Positions 36,200 to 46,800 of a DNA stretch of 64,000 nucleotides are shown piece by piece (positions within the stretch are counted from its first letter, which is position 1; every line of letters begins with the position of its first letter). A program made the translations under genes and the position numbers. Origin of the DNA: an uncultured Gammaproteobacteria bacterium. Lineage in GTDB: Bacteria; Patescibacteriota; Patescibacteriia; UBA1558; S5-K13. The notes beneath the pieces were generated by a model, which saw only the letters and a list, made by a program, of their open reading frames with translations, was not told the DNA's origin and made no database searches. The stretch covers positions 26,153 to 90,152 of the forward strand of contig CAZXFD010000002.1 of NCBI GenBank assembly GCA_964640635.1, read 5' to 3'.

Positions 36200-39088
36200 T
36201 TACTTACCTATGGAGATATCCATTTCTATTTCATTTGATTTGATTCTCTTTGAAATAATAATATTCTCTAGACTTTCGTTAAATACAATATTATCTGCTA
36301 AAACATCTCTCATCAATGACTCTCTATTATCATTTATAAGCTGAACAAAATTATTGTTCAATATATTTATATAAACAATTACTCTGTCTGAGATAGTAAG
36401 ACCCGCTTCTTTTCGAAGAGAATTTATATTTCTTACAAGTTCTCTCAAATCACCCTCATCCTTTAGCTCTTTATTAATATTTGTATCCAAATATGTATCT
36501 TCAATACCTTTGTCATACTCAACAGATTTTACATTGACCTCACTAGCTATAATGTCTTCAAACTCTTTTCTTAGTTTTTTACCAAAATTATACTTTAGCA
36601 AAAATAGTGGCTGTCTTACTTTTATAGCTGATTGATCTCTCAAATTATGAGTCTTTTCAACGACAAGTCTTGCTCTTTTCATTTCATCCAATACTTCTAT
36701 TTGTTTTGGATCAAGTTCAGATGTCTTTGGCCAGACTTCCAAATGAACGGACTCTTTCTTTCCATAGACTTCTTTATATAAATATTCTGCCGTAAAAGGA
36801 ATAAATGGTGCTATTATCTTACTAAATTCTAAAAATACTTTATTTAAAGTTTTGGGTGCGTTTTCGTCTCCATCTTTGAATCTATCCCTTGATCTTCTTA
36901 AATACCATGTTGAAAGTTCTAATATAAACTCTGAAATATTGTCTGATGCTTTTTTGAGGTCATACAAATCCAAAGCGTTTGTAACGTCTATTTTTAATTC
37001 CTCTGTTTTTATAAGTATCCATTTGTCCAAAATATTATCGCTATCTACAAACTCTGTATCACTTTCTTTTTTATACATATTATAAAAAGATACAATGTTC
37101 GAAAGTGTCAAAAAATATCTTGCATAAGTACCACTTAAATCTTTTTCACTAAAACACAAATCCCCGCCACGTACAACTGGTGAGCTAAGAAGATAAAACC
37201 TCAAAACATCTGCGGAGTATTTCTTTATCAAATAATTTGGTTCTGGATAATTCTTTAAGCGCTTTGACATTTTCTTTCCGTCTTCTGCTAAAACCATTCC
37301 ATTTACTACAACGTTTAAAAAAGCTGGTTTATTAAATAATGCAGTGGCTAACACCATAAGCGTATAAAACCAACCACGTGTTTGATCTTGTCCCTCTGCT
37401 ATAAACTGTGCAGGAAAATTATCTTCAAACCATTTTTTATTCTCAAATGGGTAGTGAACTGATGCATAAGGCATAGACCCCGACTCAAACCAACAATCAA
37501 ATACCTCTGGAATTCTAGTAGCCACGCCACCACACTTTGGACAAGTTATTTCAATATCATCTACAAAATGCTTATGTAAATCATCTATTTTTTGACCACT
37601 AGCTATCTCTAACTCTTCTTTTGAACCATATACAATTACTTCTCCACAAGAACACTTCCAAACAGGAATTGGTGTTCCCCAAAAACGATTTCTAGATATT
37701 GACCAATCTCTTGCACCTTCAAGCCATTTTCCAAATCTTCCTTCTTTAAAGCTGTCTGGAATCCAATTTGTTTTTTGATTTGCTTTTACTAAATTATCTT
37801 TAATTTTTGTAACTTCTACAAACCAAGATCCTGTTGCATAATTTAGTAGTGGTGAGTCACACCTCCAACAATGTGGATATGAGTGTTCGTATTTTTCTTT
37901 TGAAAAAACAAAGCCTTTCTGAGATAAATATTTAAGTATCTCTATGTCAGCACCTTGATGATCATCCTTTTTCTTTACATCAATCCCTGCAAAATCAATT
38001 ACATCACTAGTAAATTTTCCCTCTGGAGATACATGCTGGATAAATGGTAAATGATTTTCTTTTGCAAGATTCATATCATCTTCACCAAATGCAGGAGCAA
38101 TATGTACAATTCCTGTTCCATCTTCCGTAGTAACAAAATCAGCTCCATAAATTTTATAAATATTTTCATAGTTATCTAATTTTTTATTCACAAAATAATC
38201 AAACAATGGCTTGTATGATTTTCCAACTAGTTTTTTGCCCTTAAACTCTTCAACTACTTCATCACCTTCAAAATTGTTTTTCAAAAATTCATATCTTTCC
38301 TTTGCAATAATATAATATGAATCACTTAATTTAATTTTTATATATTGTATTTTTTCGTTTATCGCAAGCGCTACATTTCCAGGAAGTGTCCATGGAGTTG
38401 TAGTCCATGCAAGTATATATGTTTCTGGTTCATCGACAAGTTCAAATTTTGCAGTGACTGAAATATCTTTTATATCTTTATATCCTTGAGCAACTTCAAA
38501 GTTTGATAATGTTGTACCACATCTTGGACAAATATGCATTGACTTGTAGCCTTCATATATAAGTCCTTTTTTATGAAGTTCTTTGAAGACCCACCAAACA
38601 GACTCCATATAATTTATATCCATTGTCTTATAATCATCTTCCATATCAACGAAACGGCCAATCATAGGAACAAATTTTCTCCACTGGTCTGCATATTTCA
38701 TCACACTGGTTCTACATAGCTCATTAAATTGGGAAATAGAGTATTTATCCAAAATTTCTTTTTTTCCATTTAATCCCAATTCTTTTTCAACTTCATTTTC
38801 AACGGGAAGTCCATGACAATCCCATCCCCATTTTCTTCGGACGTTATATCCATTCATTGTCTTGTAACGTGGAATAACATCTTTTATAACTGATGCGACA
38901 ATATGACCATAGTGAGGAAGACCATTTGCAAATGGAGGTCCATCATAGAAAGAAAAATCTCCTTTTTCTCCTTTATTTAAAGACTTTTTAAAGATTTCAT
39001 TATCTTCCCAAAATTTCAAAATTTCCTGTTCTTTTTGAAACAATTTTGATTGTTGACTGTTTTCAGTATCTTTGTTTTTTTCAGACAT
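36200..39088 (-). CDS. ileS: Isoleucine--tRNA ligase (type 2-like)
   Basis: PFANGLPHYGH (HIGH-class motif in IleRS form), KMSKR (KMSKS), the CP1 editing domain and a WCISR-like segment. The protein is 962 aa. Confidence 0.9.
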   Translation of the reverse strand: MSEKNKDTENSQQSKLFQKEQEILKFWEDNEIFKKSLNKGEKGDFSFYDGPPFANGLPHYGHIVASVIKDVIPRYKTMNGYNVRRKWGWDCHGLPVENEVEKELGLNGKKEILDKYSISQFNELCRTSVMKYADQWRKFVPMIGRFVDMEDDYKTMDINYMESVWWVFKELHKKGLIYEGYKSMHICPRCGTTLSNFEVAQGYKDIKDISVTAKFELVDEPETYILAWTTTPWTLPGNVALAINEKIQYIKIKLSDSYYIIAKERYEFLKNNFEGDEVVEEFKGKKLVGKSYKPLFDYFVNKKLDNYENIYKIYGADFVTTEDGTGIVHIAPAFGEDDMNLAKENHLPFIQHVSPEGKFTSDVIDFAGIDVKKKDDHQGADIEILKYLSQKGFVFSKEKYEHSYPHCWRCDSPLLNYATGSWFVEVTKIKDNLVKANQKTNWIPDSFKEGRFGKWLEGARDWSISRNRFWGTPIPVWKCSCGEVIVYGSKEELEIASGQKIDDLHKHFVDDIEITCPKCGGVATRIPEVFDCWFESGSMPYASVHYPFENKKWFEDNFPAQFIAEGQDQTRGWFYTLMVLATALFNKPAFLNVVVNGMVLAEDGKKMSKRLKNYPEPNYLIKKYSADVLRFYLLSSPVVRGGDLCFSEKDLSGTYARYFLTLSNIVSFYNMYKKESDTEFVDSDNILDKWILIKTEELKIDVTNALDLYDLKKASDNISEFILELSTWYLRRSRDRFKDGDENAPKTLNKVFLEFSKIIAPFIPFTAEYLYKEVYGKKESVHLEVWPKTSELDPKQIEVLDEMKRARLVVEKTHNLRDQSAIKVRQPLFLLKYNFGKKLRKEFEDIIASEVNVKSVEYDKGIEDTYLDTNINKELKDEGDLRELVRNINSLRKEAGLTISDRVIVYINILNNNFVQLINDNRESLMRDVLADNIVFNESLENIIISKRIKSNEIEMDISIGK

Positions 39089-39310
39089 AAAATTAAAATA
39101 TAAGTGATTATTGGCTTATTTTACTATATTTAGAAATAAAATCAACTAAAACAACAGAGATCTAATATACTCAAAAACACCCCTATCTGGTCTCTTTACA
39201 TTTCTCGAAATAACTCGTGTTCTATTTCTCATCTCTTGCTTCATCCAGTCAAAATTTTGACATCTTGAATAGTTTAGCATTTGTTTTGATTCGTTTTTTT
39301 TCATACATTT

Positions 39311-39392
39311 AGTGTTTAGTCTTTTCCGCCAGCCAGCCCCGCTACGCGAAGCATGGCCGGGGAGGCGGATCAGCCTTGGGCTGAAGTGTTTA
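39311..39392. repeat. GC-rich ~82-bp structured intergenic repeat (copy B)
   Basis: Near-identical to 29013-29095, with 3-4 differences. It lies between the small merR-like gene and ileS. Confidence 0.7.
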
Positions 39393-39438
39393 GTAATTAG
39401 AACAAGTCTAAATCCTAATTACTAAAAACTAAAATCTT

Positions 39439-39663
39439 TTATTTATTTTTAAAATAATTTTTTATTTCTTGTATTGTCCACCTTTTTTGGGTTTGTAATT
39501 TTTCTATTTCTCTAACTTTTTGTAAGGCATTATTTTTTTCATATAAACGATACCCGCCTTGAGTATATGAGTCGGGTTTTAATAATCCTTCCTGAGTATA
39601 AAAATGAATGGTCGAAGGCAACCTATTTAATTCTACCGCTAGTTCTCCTATTTTTAATAACAT
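39439..39663 (-). CDS. MerR-family HTH-only transcriptional regulator (74 aa, no effector domain)
   Basis: LKIGELAVELNRLPSTIHFYTQEGLLKP...GGYRLY matches the MerR HTH consensus. The protein ends after the first coupling helix. Confidence 0.7.
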   Translation of the reverse strand: MLLKIGELAVELNRLPSTIHFYTQEGLLKPDSYTQGGYRLYEKNNALQKVREIEKLQTQKRWTIQEIKNYFKNK

Positions 39664-39679
39664 TATTTTAATTTCTCAG

Positions 39680-39695
39680 CTGCGTAGCTACGCAG
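39680..39695. promoter_or_regulatory. Perfect 16-bp palindrome CTGCGTAGCTACGCAG 17 nt upstream of the merR-like start, a candidate operator
   Basis: The sequence is its own reverse complement. Its position in the 5' region of a MerR-type gene suggests autoregulation. Confidence 0.4.
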
Positions 39696-39854
39696 TTAAT
39701 TGAGTAATTATGTAAATACTTAAAAACACTTGATTAACTATGAAACCACGAGACTAACAAGCTAACCACTTTTCCACAGTCCTCTGCATTAATTATATAG
39801 TAAAATTTATAAAGTGTGAAGTATAAAGTAATGCTTTATAGTTCATAGTTTAAT

Positions 39855-39890
39855 AAAACAAAAAACCCAGCTCTGAAATAGAACTGGGCT
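39855..39890 (-). terminator. Intrinsic terminator for the 39907-40419 gene (cccag...ctggg hairpin, T-run on the minus strand)
   Basis: The hairpin 39866-39888 is preceded on the + strand by aaaacaaaaaa, which gives a T-run on the minus strand. Confidence 0.45.
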
Positions 39891-39906
39891 CTTTAAAAAA
39901 TAAACT

Positions 39907-40419
39907 TTATTTTACTGCTTTTTGATCTTCTATGTATTTTTCAATTGCTTTTACAACTTTTCCATCTGTCTTTAGATCTTCTATAAATAATACGTGATCT
40001 CTATTTATCTTCATTTCGTCTTTTGGACCATGGAGTTCATTGCCAAGCTTTACAAGTGAAAGCTCTCCTTGTTGTTCTGTTGATGGTGTTCCATCTGGTT
40101 GTAATGCTTGAGTTACTTGAAGATAATAAATGTTTTTAACGGTAATTGTATCATTGTTTATACTTGATGCTTGACCAAAATAAACCTGGCCATTTGATAA
40201 AAATACTGCTTGCCACTGACCACCGTTCTTATCAAGTCCTAGAATGTTTAGCTTTGTCATCTTTGAAATGCCATAAAGGCCAGCAAAGATTACAAGAACT
40301 ACAACAACTAAGACGACTGCCCATCTTACAATAGATGGCTTTTTTTTCTCAGAAACTGTTGGTTTTTCTAGTTCCATTTCTGAAACAGAATCTGTTTCTG
40401 ACCCAAATTTTCTGTCCAT
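39907..40419 (-). CDS. Hypothetical single-pass membrane protein
   Basis: 170 aa with a charged N-terminus, TM WAVVLVVVVLVIFAGLYGI and a C-terminal soluble domain. Confidence 0.55.
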   Translation of the reverse strand: MDRKFGSETDSVSEMELEKPTVSEKKKPSIVRWAVVLVVVVLVIFAGLYGISKMTKLNILGLDKNGGQWQAVFLSNGQVYFGQASSINNDTITVKNIYYLQVTQALQPDGTPSTEQQGELSLVKLGNELHGPKDEMKINRDHVLFIEDLKTDGKVVKAIEKYIEDQKAVK

Positions 40420-40653
40420 ATTTTTGTCCTTTCTTATTACTTATATCCCATTGGATTATACAATAATTATATCATTTTTCATCTATTTTTCAAAGGTTTT
40501 GTATGTGCACATTATTGGCTTGTTTAAGAGAAAATACGAATACAAAACGATGTCAATATACAAATGTGGGTTAGTAAGATTAGAAAACTAGAATAATTAG
40601 AAAATAGGTTAAATTTATTTTTCTAATTACCCGATCCTTCTAATCCTACTAAC

Positions 40654-43600
40654 CTAATTAAATTTTATTGCACTACCAGCATAGTCTAACTTAACTTGTT
40701 CTGGAGTAAATGCATAATTAAATATTTTTAAATCATCTATTTTTCCACTAAAAAAATCTCCGTGAATACGTCCTTTATAAGAAGCTCCTATAAGCATTTC
40801 GTCGGACACTTTATAAATATCAGAATCAACCAAAAATTGATCAACGCCATCAACATAAATTTTTTTGTTTGCGACATCCAGAACAGCATAATGCCATAGA
40901 CCATCATTAAATTTATTTATTGTTATTTTTGCATAATTATTTTGAGAATAAAAAATAAGACCCTTATCCAAACCAATGCTATCTAAAACATCCGTACCAC
41001 CGGCCCCATTTGCAAAAATTACCATTTCAGAATTATTTGAAGTCGTATTGAACCAAAAAGAAACACTAATATTGCTAGTATACCCATTTGTTGTAATATC
41101 AACGTAATCATCACTTCCGTCAAAGTTTAAACTTGCCTTACGTTTTCCATTTCTTCCATTGTACCATGCAGAAGCTGTGTTATTATCAGTACAAGTACCA
41201 GCGGCACTTTGAGACCCATCTGTGCCAATTGTAATAGTACCATCTAGACCATTTCCTGATTCATCATGAAGAACAACATCCGAACATTCATCAAATTTGT
41301 AATGAGCAATTGGGGCTCCCTTATTATAATCCCAAGCAATTTGCGCTGGTGTGCGAGCATAATTATAAATACGCACATCATCAATATCCCCATTAAAACC
41401 AGAACTATTATTATACCTTATAAAAAAATTACTCCTTGCAACAGGATCTTCGGTTGAAATTGTAGCATCCGCGGGAATGTTATTATTATCAATATATAAT
41501 TTTGAATTTAATATGTCAGGAGGCTTTGTTCCAGCAATATATACTACCAAATGATGCCACCTGCCATCAAGATAATTTTGAGCAGAAGAATTAAAATATC
41601 TAAAATTATTATTGGCTAAATACAATATTGGTCTATTATTAAGCCAATTAAAAGCAAAATGACCACGACTATTAGTTCCATTTATATCAAAAATAATCTT
41701 TTGAGATTCAGCGTCGGAATTTTTGAACCACATTGATACTGTAATTTCTCCACTAGTTGCAATAGTTCCACAATTTATATAATCATTACCATCAAAACTC
41801 ATAGCACTACCAAATTTACCCATTACTGAATTAGCACCAAAGATTTCTCCGTTCTTATTATTTCCACTTGTATCATATGCAAGGGTTCCTGATTTTTTTT
41901 CAAACTTATATTCTGCTACAGGGGGTGCACAAAAGCTCGTATCTCCTGGAATACAATAATCTGAACTGGCGCTCGTGTTTGTTCCGGTAGAACCCATTAC
42001 CATTGTCATGCCCTGATTATAATCTACCTTTACTTGACTCTCTGATAAAGCATAATCATAAACCCTTACTTCATCTAGCAAACCATATATTCCAAGACCA
42101 TCATCATGAAATTTTCCTAAATACATAATTGAACCTACATTCATATTTCCAACCGTACCAATATAAATTGTTAAAAGCTTTCCATCTATATAAACATTTA
42201 GATTATCTCCTACACCTGTTTTTGCAATAACAATATGATACCACCTACCCAATGTAAAATCATACGGATAGGTTCTCCAATCATAGTTTATAATATTATT
42301 TGGAACATATGAAACATCAAGACCACTCCTAGTTAACTTAATAAAACTATAAGCATCTTGCTCATTTCCACCCATATCAAACATAACCCCGTCAGATGTT
42401 GGTTTTACCCAAAAAGAAATTGTATGTGTATTATCTCCAGAAATAACATTTGGAATAGATACATAGTTATCGGCACGCTCATAAAAACTAAGCGCCTTTC
42501 CAAATTTTCCATCACTTGTCCAAGAGGCTCCGTATATTGTTCCACTATTTGTAGTTGTTCCATAATTATAAGTAGTTGTCCCATATCCTTCATCAAAATT
42601 ATAATACAAAATTGGTGGTGTAAGTGTCTCAATACGTGATCCAAGTTTTGCACTAACCCCTGCTATTCCAAGTGCCAATTCTTGACCACTGAAAGCTCCC
42701 ACACTTACATCATCATATGAGAGATAATCTTCTTTGATATAAATATTTTCTATCTTTGAAGTCATATTCATATCATTACAAGACAATCCTAGCGCTGGGC
42801 CACTAACGCTAGTTCTATTTTTTCTTCTACTTATCAATTCAAATGATCTTTCGCTTACTACATTATATATCCCGTAATTTTCTGCTGTATCATCACAACG
42901 TGTAAGAGGTGGAATAACAAATTGAGGATCTTCACAAGATAAAACACAATTTTGAACAACATCAGTACCGACTAAAAAAGTTTCTAAATTACTATTTGTT
43001 CTCTGTCCTCCATAATTTCCTGTTCCATCCATTGACCAACAATAAGACTTTCCATTGACTAAACTATGTTTTGCCCTTACTTTATCCCATTGAATAGTAC
43101 TTGTAACTTGTACCGTAGCTCCCGTATCATTATTATCACAACCAACATCTTGATGAGTAAATATATAAAACACCCCACCATTTGAATCTGTTTCTGTGTG
43201 AACTTCAACATATCTTGAAATAACTGAAGAAATCATTTCTGGTTCAACAAGCATCCAGCCTCCATCATTATCAGTCATATCACAATACACTTCTTGTTCA
43301 TCAGCTAAATATCCATTTGTAAAATCTACAAAATAAGCTCCTGATCCTGTAGAACTGCCACTTGCAAGTATTGATTTACAACTTAGGGCTGGAAAACTAG
43401 ATGTTCCTATGATTGATTTTCCAGGACTCGCAATAGAATTTCCATAATACATATACACGCTTATTCCTGACTCTGGAATACTTGCAATCCTCAACCATAC
43501 ATCTACACTCGTTGAAGTAGTATCTTCTATCCAATATGAAAGTAAATTTCCATTTATATCTGTGAATCTAAGATCATTTAAATTGTCTTGAATTTTTCCT

Positions 43601-43836
43601 AAACTAATCTCTGATGACAAATCTAGATTATTAAAAATCTGGACCTGATAATTAACGAGAGGGGTTCCTGATGAGTTTGTAATTCCAATTGATTTGCGAT
43701 AAAGCCAAGAAGCATCCCACCAAGAAGCTTGGACTGAATTATTAACGCGGAGTAAATAAATCACGCCGAAGACAATCATGATGCCGATGACTATGGCTGA
43801 GATGTAGAATTTGTAATTTATTGATTTTAATTTCAT
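40654..43836 (-). CDS. Secreted/anchored DUF2341-domain protein with three LamG-type (concanavalin-A-like lectin) domains
   Basis: N-terminal TM/signal, then WLYRKSI...LRFTD..GNLLSYWIED (DUF2341 signature). Three LamG_3-type blocks each end in D[DE]VR[VI]Y[DN]YA.[ST].EQ[IV]..DY. Confidence 0.75.
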   Translation of the reverse strand: MKLKSINYKFYISAIVIGIMIVFGVIYLLRVNNSVQASWWDASWLYRKSIGITNSSGTPLVNYQVQIFNNLDLSSEISLGKIQDNLNDLRFTDINGNLLSYWIEDTTSTSVDVWLRIASIPESGISVYMYYGNSIASPGKSIIGTSSFPALSCKSILASGSSTGSGAYFVDFTNGYLADEQEVYCDMTDNDGGWMLVEPEMISSVISRYVEVHTETDSNGGVFYIFTHQDVGCDNNDTGATVQVTSTIQWDKVRAKHSLVNGKSYCWSMDGTGNYGGQRTNSNLETFLVGTDVVQNCVLSCEDPQFVIPPLTRCDDTAENYGIYNVVSERSFELISRRKNRTSVSGPALGLSCNDMNMTSKIENIYIKEDYLSYDDVSVGAFSGQELALGIAGVSAKLGSRIETLTPPILYYNFDEGYGTTTYNYGTTTNSGTIYGASWTSDGKFGKALSFYERADNYVSIPNVISGDNTHTISFWVKPTSDGVMFDMGGNEQDAYSFIKLTRSGLDVSYVPNNIINYDWRTYPYDFTLGRWYHIVIAKTGVGDNLNVYIDGKLLTIYIGTVGNMNVGSIMYLGKFHDDGLGIYGLLDEVRVYDYALSESQVKVDYNQGMTMVMGSTGTNTSASSDYCIPGDTSFCAPPVAEYKFEKKSGTLAYDTSGNNKNGEIFGANSVMGKFGSAMSFDGNDYINCGTIATSGEITVSMWFKNSDAESQKIIFDINGTNSRGHFAFNWLNNRPILYLANNNFRYFNSSAQNYLDGRWHHLVVYIAGTKPPDILNSKLYIDNNNIPADATISTEDPVARSNFFIRYNNSSGFNGDIDDVRIYNYARTPAQIAWDYNKGAPIAHYKFDECSDVVLHDESGNGLDGTITIGTDGSQSAAGTCTDNNTASAWYNGRNGKRKASLNFDGSDDYVDITTNGYTSNISVSFWFNTTSNNSEMVIFANGAGGTDVLDSIGLDKGLIFYSQNNYAKITINKFNDGLWHYAVLDVANKKIYVDGVDQFLVDSDIYKVSDEMLIGASYKGRIHGDFFSGKIDDLKIFNYAFTPEQVKLDYAGSAIKFN

Positions 43837-43850
43837 TGATTTGCTAAGAG

Positions 43851-43887
43851 CCCAACCCTGGGTTGCCGAATAGTCAACCCAGGGTTG
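43851..43887. repeat. Perfect 14-bp inverted repeat CCAACCCTGGGTTG - 9 nt - CAACCCAGGGTTGG between the giant gene stop and the LamG gene start
   Basis: A GC-rich hairpin in a 59-nt intergenic spacer, with no clear T-run. It may be an attenuator, an RNA-processing site or a stabilising structure. Confidence 0.5.
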
Positions 43888-43895
43888 GTGTTATA

Positions 43896-46800
43896 TTAGT
43901 TGTTATTTTTATTACTATTTCCGCTTGCTAAATCTCTTCTATAAACATATTCTACTGTAATCGTAAGTTGTGATGGACCTTCAGATTCCTCTCCTCCGCC
44001 TGATATTTGAGTTACTACAACATGCATTCCATCTTCACTTGTTAGATTTATATTTAAATCACCAGATTCAATATTTGCATAACCATTTGAACAATTTCCA
44101 CCAGATATTATTGCAAGCTCACTATTGTTTTTGTCTTCTAATCTGAGAGTTATACTTCCACCATCACCACACTTGTACTGTGCTTTAAGTTTCAAAATCT
44201 TAATATCCTCAGCCGGTTTCCATGAGTTTTCACCATTTCCCCAAACGCGAGTATCAACACGTGGTACATCAACATAAGCAGTGATAGTATCTCTTACCGC
44301 TGAATCAGGTAATATATAAGCAACCCCTTCAACATTTAGATCAACTGTATCTCCAGATTTTCCAACCTGCAACTTGTTTCCATTTGCTGAGATTACACCG
44401 TCAGAACTAAACATAAGTTCTGCAATACCAGATGACGTTCCACTTGCATTAAGTGTTGGCGAAATTACGACTCTTCCAAAAAAGTTTGCAGCAATATTAT
44501 TTTCACTAGCAACGACTGTCAAAGTAGTTGATGAAATATTTTGTGACATTGAAAAACTATCTAGAGCAACATTTTGTGGACTCATTAAAATATTTCCATT
44601 TCCATTTACCGACATTATTCTTGAACCATTGTTTTGTAAGACCCATAAATCATCATACTGTGCAACATTTCTATTGAAATCGTTTAGAATAAGCGCATTT
44701 GACCCTACAACTTTTCCATAATTGTCATGGCTTGTTGTAAGCTTTGTGCCACTTCCTAAATCAAAACTTAAATTACTTCCTGAATATAAATTGTAAGAAG
44801 ATGAAATAAGTGAAACTGCATTTATTGTTTCAAGATATTCAGTTGAACTTATGATATCACCAGTAAATGCTCTTGTTCTAATATCAGAATAATTTGAAGA
44901 TAAACGAGAATTCGAGATATCAATATGACTTAACAATCTTGAAGTTGAAGTTGCGCTCCAATTTTCATCATATAAATTCCAATTGATTGCAATGTCAGCA
45001 TTTCTTGTTTCAACAGAATTTAATTTCAAATCAACTAGACTTACGCTTGAAGTTGAGCCGGATGATAGATTTTCATTATCAAGTCCTGAGGTAATTTTTA
45101 TAGCAGATGATGAAGCATAATTTGGTGCAAAAGAAGATTTGTTATAATCAACTAATACGTTTGTCATTGCAAAACTAAATTTATCATATTCCGTGCTTGT
45201 TACTGATACTGCATTTATACTAACAACTTCTTGACCAATTTCGTCAGCATAGTTTGCAAGAGTAATGTTTGAAATAGAAGACTTGCTTGCTGCGACAACA
45301 GCTGGACGATTGATCTGGGTAATTCTTGTATTTTCTCTGCCTGAACCGACAATGTCAACAAATGGAATAAGTGTAACTTGTTCATTATATATTCCCGGCT
45401 TTACTGTAATGAGCCAACGATTGTTTGCACTGTTTAATTTTATCTTTGACAGAGCTTCACTGATACTTGTATAATCTCCACCTTGTTTTGCAACTACAAC
45501 TTCGTTTTGTCTATCGTTTGAAATAGCAAGAATTGAAGATGCGTCTGTTTTTGCAGTTGAAAGCAATACTTTATTTTCATCACTTCTCTCGCTAGTTACA
45601 AGTATTTCTCCAAGATTACTTATATAAATATAATTATCAACATTTGGAAGTAATGTAATTTGTTTAATTGGTTTTATAGAAATATGCGTTCCATTTACAT
45701 AAGCTTCGCCAGATGACAAGCTAGCTACAAGTGAATTTATACTCGTGGACTCCAACATAAATCCATCAATTACATAATGAGCAAGCTTGTTTCCATTTCC
45801 TGTAAAATCAATAAATGTTCCTATGTTTTCTAGAGTTTCAAACTTATCATTGGTGCTAAATAATTTTCCATTCTCACCAATATTTATATCAACGAGCATT
45901 CCTTTGAAAATATTACCACTTGATGTGATAACTCCATTTAAAGTTGCAATAGCAGATCCTGTTACATTTTGAATATTGTTGTTCATCACAATCATATCGT
46001 TGTCAGATGCAAAATTTACAATACCCTGACTCATCGAACCAATAAATTCATTTTCTGAAATTACAGGAGAAATTTTTCCAGCTGTTGTGTTTTCAATATT
46101 TATACCAACACCACTAGCTACTTCAGATATTATTCTATTATTGTTTATTACTGGGCCTGATCCTGCTATAGATACGACTGAAACATTACTTGCGGAGCCA
46201 ATTGACTTTAGAGAACAATTTTCAATTCTTGAATTATTTGCACCTATTACTGCTGGTGCGCTACTGCCAATAATTATTGTGCTAGAACTATTTTCACAAA
46301 TTACATCAACATAAGGTTTTAGAGTTATTGTTTCGCTATATTCACCTGATTTTATATTTATTACATATCTCTTTGATTCGCTATTGTCTGTAATTGATGA
46401 CATAGCAGACAAAATATTATCAAAATCTCCGCCAGTTTTTGCAACCTCTATTGTGTTTACATGATTGTTGAAATATCCAATTTGAACACTTATTGCAATT
46501 TGATCATGACCGCCCTCCATATCTTCCATTGCGATACCAATAACTCCTGCACCAAGCTTACTTGCCTTTTGAGCTTTTCCAGGTTCATTTGATGTAGTCA
46601 AATAATCACCCTTTTTAATAAGCCCATTTGATGCTGTAACATTTACCAGGCTTGCGCCCATTGTAACTATTGGCTTACCGGTTTCAGAATTTCCAGAAAT
46701 AAATGCCGGCTTCTCAGCTATTATTCCCAAAATATTTGAACTATTTGCGCGATCAGAAAGTTTTACACTATTGCCTTCATTAAGAACTACTACATCACCA

